In this document: positions 23,929 to 27,272 of the stretch, in pieces | How the letters are laid out: the number at the start of each line of letters is the position of its first letter | How positions within the stretch are numbered: position 1 is the first letter of the stretch | Assembly: GCA_033471095.1 (NCBI GenBank) | Contig: CP136752.1 | Coordinates: forward strand, 1,183,994 to 1,211,265 | Direction: 5' to 3' | DNA length: 27,272 nt | Origin: Candidatus Nitrosoabyssus spongiisocia | GTDB taxonomy: Archaea; Thermoproteota; Nitrososphaeria; Nitrososphaerales; Nitrosopumilaceae | Position numbers and translations under genes: made by a program | The notes under the pieces: generated by a model | The model's database searches: none | Told to the model about the DNA's origin: nothing | Seen by the model: only the letters and a program-made list of their open reading frames with translations

Positions 23929-25678
23929 CCTTTATATTTTCCCATGCACTAAATACAACAAATCCTGTACCGCCATGTCTTTGAACAAATTCAGAATTTG
24001 AGCATATATTAGTATAACTATTTGGTTCTATACCATATCTGCTCTCTAGTGGTAATGTAATACCACAAGCACGAGCCACATTAGATCCTATGAGTAAAGA
24101 ATTATCCCCATCATGATATACTATTGGCCCACCACTATCGCCATGCCTAACAGTGTGGTTAAATAATCCCAAATTTGTATTAACACAAAACGTATTGGTT
24201 CTTAACGTAGCATTTTTGTACAATAGTGTAGCCATCCCTTCAGTATATCTACCATACATCCATATGTCTGATTCGTAGGGCACATCAGACAAATTTCCTT
24301 GAGTTACATTGAATATATCACCGTTCTGTTTTTGTATTTGATTCAAGGGCGCTATTACTTTATTATTAGTTATAGGTATAAACGCAGCATCGTATTTACC
24401 ACATTCTATTCCACGTCCTTCATCGGTAGATAATAATATATTATCAGAGGGACGTACAGACTCGCTTATCTGTTTATAATATCTCTCGTTAAAGTTATTT
24501 GTACTAATCTTCACACCATGACCTGAAACAACTATACCTTTTACACCAGATGAAATGGCACCGATTGTAATTGTTGATCGTTCTACTCGTATATTATCAT
24601 CAGCTCTAGCATCATTCGATGGCGCATATAGTAATTTATTTCCTCCATAAACTTTTTCTACTGATTCTACCGTCGCCTCAAATCCTATGTGTTGTTTATT
24701 CCCAGACGAATCAGTAAAGAAACAATATATTGTTATAAAAAAATCCCAGATAAAGTTCCCAGACTCTTGAGAACATGTGACTGTAACGTTACCATCAGTT
24801 GAAGAAACCTTTACAGTATAATTTAAATATCCGCCAGACTCATTATGTGCAGTAGTTGTAGTATTTAATATAGTGATAGAGAAAGGCGAACTAGTGACGG
24901 CTCGTAATAAAACTTCATCTACGACTATATCTTCATAAGATTTGCTAGCATGACCTATAAATCGTATCTTGAAATCTGAATTACTATAACCAGATAAATA
25001 TATGGATTCTTTGTTCCATACTCCGTCATCTGTTCCATCTTCAGGACCGTATGTTTCAAGGGGTATCCACGACTCTCCATCATACACTTCTACTTTGAGA
25101 TATTCACCATAGTCAAGACCTCTATCTGCATATCTGTAAAACTCTAGTGATGCTAGAGGAGTATGTGATAAATCTACACCATGTCTCATCTCTAAAATAC
25201 ATTCACTATCACAGTTGTCAGCTTCGGCTATATTGTTTGATATAGTACGACCTGTGATAACAACTCCATCATCTGATGTACCTGTCCTCCAGTCTTGTTC
25301 ACCTCTTTTTATCCACTTGTCTAGTCCACTCTCAAAGTTGTCTGAGAATATGCCAGATGCAAGTGAGTTTGTACTGGAGACAACTGCACGTATAAAGACA
25401 CCGTCTACTGCTACTTCTTCAGAACTCTTGCTTGCATGAGCGATAAATCTAATCTTGAAATCAGAGTTTGTATAGGGTATCTCTAGTGTGTGTCTGTGCC
25501 ATGAGCCATCATCAGTGCTAGAATCAGCACCATATATTGCCAGTTGATTCCATGATCTGCCGTCATATCCTTCTACTTTAAGATACTCGCCTCTATCCAA
25601 GGCTGAATCTACAAACCTGTAAAATTCCAGTGTTCTACTTGATGTTCTAGATAAATCAATAGAATTTCTCATCTCCAA
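23900..25678 (-). CDS. C-terminal part: two jelly-roll-like repeat domains (the first is truncated by the break), an Ig-like region and a trypsin-like S1 peptidase domain.
   Basis: A catalytic triad is recognisable: His in IVVSGHGVK, Asp in KYDAAFIPI and Ser in RHGDSGGPIVY. The stop at 23900-23902 lies 29 nt inside the serpin ORF. Confidence 0.85.
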   Translation of the reverse strand: MEMRNSIDLSRTSSRTLEFYRFVDSALDRGEYLKVEGYDGRSWNQLAIYGADSSTDDGSWHRHTLEIPYTNSDFKIRFIAHASKSSEEVAVDGVFIRAVVSSTNSLASGIFSDNFESGLDKWIKRGEQDWRTGTSDDGVVITGRTISNNIAEADNCDSECILEMRHGVDLSHTPLASLEFYRYADRGLDYGEYLKVEVYDGESWIPLETYGPEDGTDDGVWNKESIYLSGYSNSDFKIRFIGHASKSYEDIVVDEVLLRAVTSSPFSITILNTTTTAHNESGGYLNYTVKVSSTDGNVTVTCSQESGNFIWDFFITIYCFFTDSSGNKQHIGFEATVESVEKVYGGNKLLYAPSNDARADDNIRVERSTITIGAISSGVKGIVVSGHGVKISTNNFNERYYKQISESVRPSDNILLSTDEGRGIECGKYDAAFIPITNNKVIAPLNQIQKQNGDIFNVTQGNLSDVPYESDIWMYGRYTEGMATLLYKNATLRTNTFCVNTNLGLFNHTVRHGDSGGPIVYHDGDNSLLIGSNVARACGITLPLESRYGIEPNSYTNICSNSEFVQRHGGTGFVVFSAWENIKDETNGLNID

Positions 25679-26421
25679 GATACAATCACTGTCACAGTTG
25701 TCAGTCTGACTACAATGTTCGATGATGAGTGTCCTGGTATGACCACATTATGATCAAGTGTGCTAGATCTCCAGTCTTGTTCACCTTTTTCTATCCATTT
25801 TTCTAGCCCATTCTCAAAGTTGTCTGAAAAGAGTGTAGAGCCACTGGCTGTGTGTGTAACTGTAACTATAAACTGCTCACTTGCAATGTTGCCTGAAGTA
25901 TCACGTGCTGTACATGTAACTGTAGTAATACCTATTGAAAATAGAGAATCGCTTGCAGGTGTACATGATGGTGTTATTGCTCCATCTCTATGATCACTTG
26001 CACTAACAGTATATCTCACAGTAGTACCAGTAGAGTCTTGTGTTTGTACTGTGATCGGAGACGGAACTGTAATTACAGGAGGTGTTGTATCAGTAGTTGT
26101 AGTACTGGTAGGGAGTGAATATCCATTGTTGATTATAATTGTAGCATAGGTATGACATCTAGAAGCAGTATATGTAGGAATACATCTGTCTATAAATCTA
26201 TTATAATAATAACAAATAACACTTCCAGATGACACATCACAGGGGTTTTGGGCTGAAGATGAGGAAACCTTTAGAGTTTCAGTGTTATTATTTCTTTCCT
26301 GAGATAACTGTGCGAATAGATTTGAACATTGATCTGCAAATACCTCTTCGACCTCAGGATAACACTCATCAGCTAGAAGATTCAAAGGAGATATTGTCAT
26401 ATGAATTAGAAATGTGATCAA
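25669..26421 (-). CDS. Middle part: Cys-rich region, Thr linker, HYR-like Ig domain, and the start of jelly-roll repeat 1.
   Basis: TTTTDTTPPVITVPSPITVQTQDSTGTTVRYTVSASDHRDGAITPSCTPASDSLFSIGITTVTCTARDTSGNIASEQFIVTV fits the HYR pattern. It is followed by LFSDNFENGLEKWIEKGEQDWRSS. There is no signal peptide at its own Met. Confidence 0.75.
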   Translation of the reverse strand: MITFLIHMTISPLNLLADECYPEVEEVFADQCSNLFAQLSQERNNNTETLKVSSSSAQNPCDVSSGSVICYYYNRFIDRCIPTYTASRCHTYATIIINNGYSLPTSTTTTDTTPPVITVPSPITVQTQDSTGTTVRYTVSASDHRDGAITPSCTPASDSLFSIGITTVTCTARDTSGNIASEQFIVTVTHTASGSTLFSDNFENGLEKWIEKGEQDWRSSTLDHNVVIPGHSSSNIVVRLTTVTVIVSWR

Positions 26422-26758
26422 AACCCATATACATTATTTCAAGTGGAACATCAACATCAAGATAATCACGTACGTCTTGTTCAGTATAGTTGTTGCCGTA
26501 TACAAACTCTTGTATATCTATTCCTACCACCAAACTATCATTACCTACAGCAGAAAATATGATCGGTATATACAAAGGCGGAATCGTTGTACCGTTTATT
26601 GGTGGTGCATTGCTAACACCCATAGCTGCATTTTGTGCTGATTGCAACATCTTATTTGTTACAATACTATGTGCATCATCAACGGATGTTGCAAATGATA
26701 CAGATACTGTGAGAGTTAGAGTTGAGAATAATATTAATAGTACAAATTGTGCATACAC
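26369..26758 (-). CDS. N-terminal part: signal peptide plus a small domain (129 aa). It is either a separate secreted protein or the leader of the protease.
   Basis: It has a GTG start. MYAQFVLLILFSTLTLTVSVSFATS is signal-peptide-like. It overlaps the next ORF by 53 nt in another frame. Confidence 0.55.
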   Translation of the reverse strand: MYAQFVLLILFSTLTLTVSVSFATSVDDAHSIVTNKMLQSAQNAAMGVSNAPPINGTTIPPLYIPIIFSAVGNDSLVVGIDIQEFVYGNNYTEQDVRDYLDVDVPLEIMYMGFDHISNSYDNISFESSS

Positions 26759-26850
26759 GACACTATTATAGTGTCTGTAATATTTAAGTATGTTGGATTA
26801 GGAGCTCTGTTGCAGTGTCTGAAAATCGTTTCATGCTATATTCTTCATAG

Positions 26851-27272
26851 GAGTCTTCCTCCATCTACTTTGAATTTTTCATAACTTCCTTACCGGTCTT
26901 TCGTTTCTTAAATGCCAATCCGTAAGGTTCTGTAGCGGCTGATACTATGTATGCTTTTGAGCCCAAGTTTAGACATGTGCTGACTAGTGAGATACATGTA
27001 GTAGAAATATCATACAAGGGAGATGGATTTTCGATGATAATAGTATCTCCTCGTAAAATAGGTGGTCTCAAAGAGGTGGAATATTCTCTTACTGCTGACT
27101 CGTTTAAACAGTGGAGAGATACTATGACACTAATACAATATGCAAAAATTCAATTACCAATGTTTACAATAAATAGCAACTATGATGATATTCTAAAATC
27201 ATCACTTGTAAAACTTGGAACATCTAATGTATTTGCCCCCAATGTGTCTAATTTTTATAAACTGTCTGATAA
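26851..27272 (+). pseudogene. Second serpin, 5'-truncated and decayed, running off the 3' end of the window; not in the ORF track.
   Basis: Frame 1 translation reads ...SSSIYFEFFITSLPVFRFLNANP*GSVAADTMYAFEPKFRHVLTSEIHVVEISYKGDGFSMIIVSPRKIGGLKEVEYSLTADSFKQWRDTMTLIQYAKIQLPMFTINSNYDDILKSSLVKLGTSNVFAPNVSNFYKLSD. This aligns with residues of the intact serpin: MIQMPYKGDRISMLAIIP...LFPKFKINVDYDLIPILKDAGIKDAFGERANFFKLSD. There are in-frame stops at 26848 and 26923. The about 600 nt needed for the N-terminal half is occupied by the divergent protease gene. Confidence 0.7.

Larger units (their letters stand above)
23900..26758 (-). pseudogene. Multidomain secreted S1 (chymotrypsin-fold) serine protease, split into three overlapping ORFs by two apparent frameshifts.
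   Basis: The ORFs 26369..26758, 25669..26421 and 23900..25678 overlap by 53 and 10 nt. A repeated about 150-aa domain (FSDNFE.GL.KWI..GEQDWR...DNCDS.CILEMR...LEFYR...SDFKIRF..HASKS) starts in the middle ORF and finishes in the last one. The signal peptide is only on the first ORF. Confidence 0.6.

Noticed and set aside
23129-24001. Plus-strand ORFs 23129..23359, 23442..23630 and 23615..24001.
   Set aside because: They are antisense to the serpin and the protease 3' end and have no motifs.
26865-27071. 68-aa minus-strand ORF.
   Set aside because: It lies antisense to the plus-strand serpin remnant, whose translation aligns to the intact serpin.

Overview
This is a visibly AT-rich archaeal window, best explained as an ammonia-oxidising thaumarchaeon (Nitrosopumilales-like). 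The evidence is an archaeal-type ribosomal protein L15e gene and a secreted protein ending in the PEFG-CTERM sorting signal. Bases 1-12956 form one enormous modular surface-protein locus whose 5' end lies outside the window. It has about 3.6 tandem 1.67-kb modules (DUF2341-like + LamG/Laminin_G_3-like + two Ig-like domains). These are followed by 22 DUF5011/HYR-like Ig domains arranged as near-identical 918-bp higher-order repeats. The locus ends with a unique beta-rich region, a Gly run, ten hexapeptide repeats and a C-terminal CLIATAVYG...TM anchor. Its reading frame is broken six times: +1 at 1408, +1 at about 2022, +1 at 2037, a CAA->TAA change at 4996, and identical +T insertions at 6269 and 6729. 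Bases 13.0-16.3 kb are a decayed, ORF-poor zone around a heavily degraded IS6-like transposase with a (GT)7 frameshift in its SWIM finger. Bases 16.4-19.8 kb hold intact genes: rpl15e, the PEFG-CTERM protein, a CPGC thioredoxin-fold protein, and a 590-aa double-SDR protein with Lys->Gln in the YxxxK motif. Bases 19.8-22.6 kb hold a small zinc-ribbon ORF, a candidate about 125-nt structured RNA, a Fic-fold protein with a degenerate catalytic motif, a perfect 32-bp palindrome, a DUF4352-like membrane protein, and a 472-bp ORF-free spacer with C5/G6-cored repeats. Bases 22.6-27.3 kb form a protease/inhibitor cluster. It contains an intact membrane-anchored serpin, overlapped by 29 nt by the end of a multidomain secreted S1 (GDSGGP) protease that is split into three ORFs, plus a second, decayed serpin running off the window end that is absent from the ORF track. 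I recognised no rRNA, tRNA, CRISPR array or known defence system. The most system-like candidates are the serpin-protease-serpin cluster and the giant repeat adhesin. All family assignments are motif recognition by eye, not searches.
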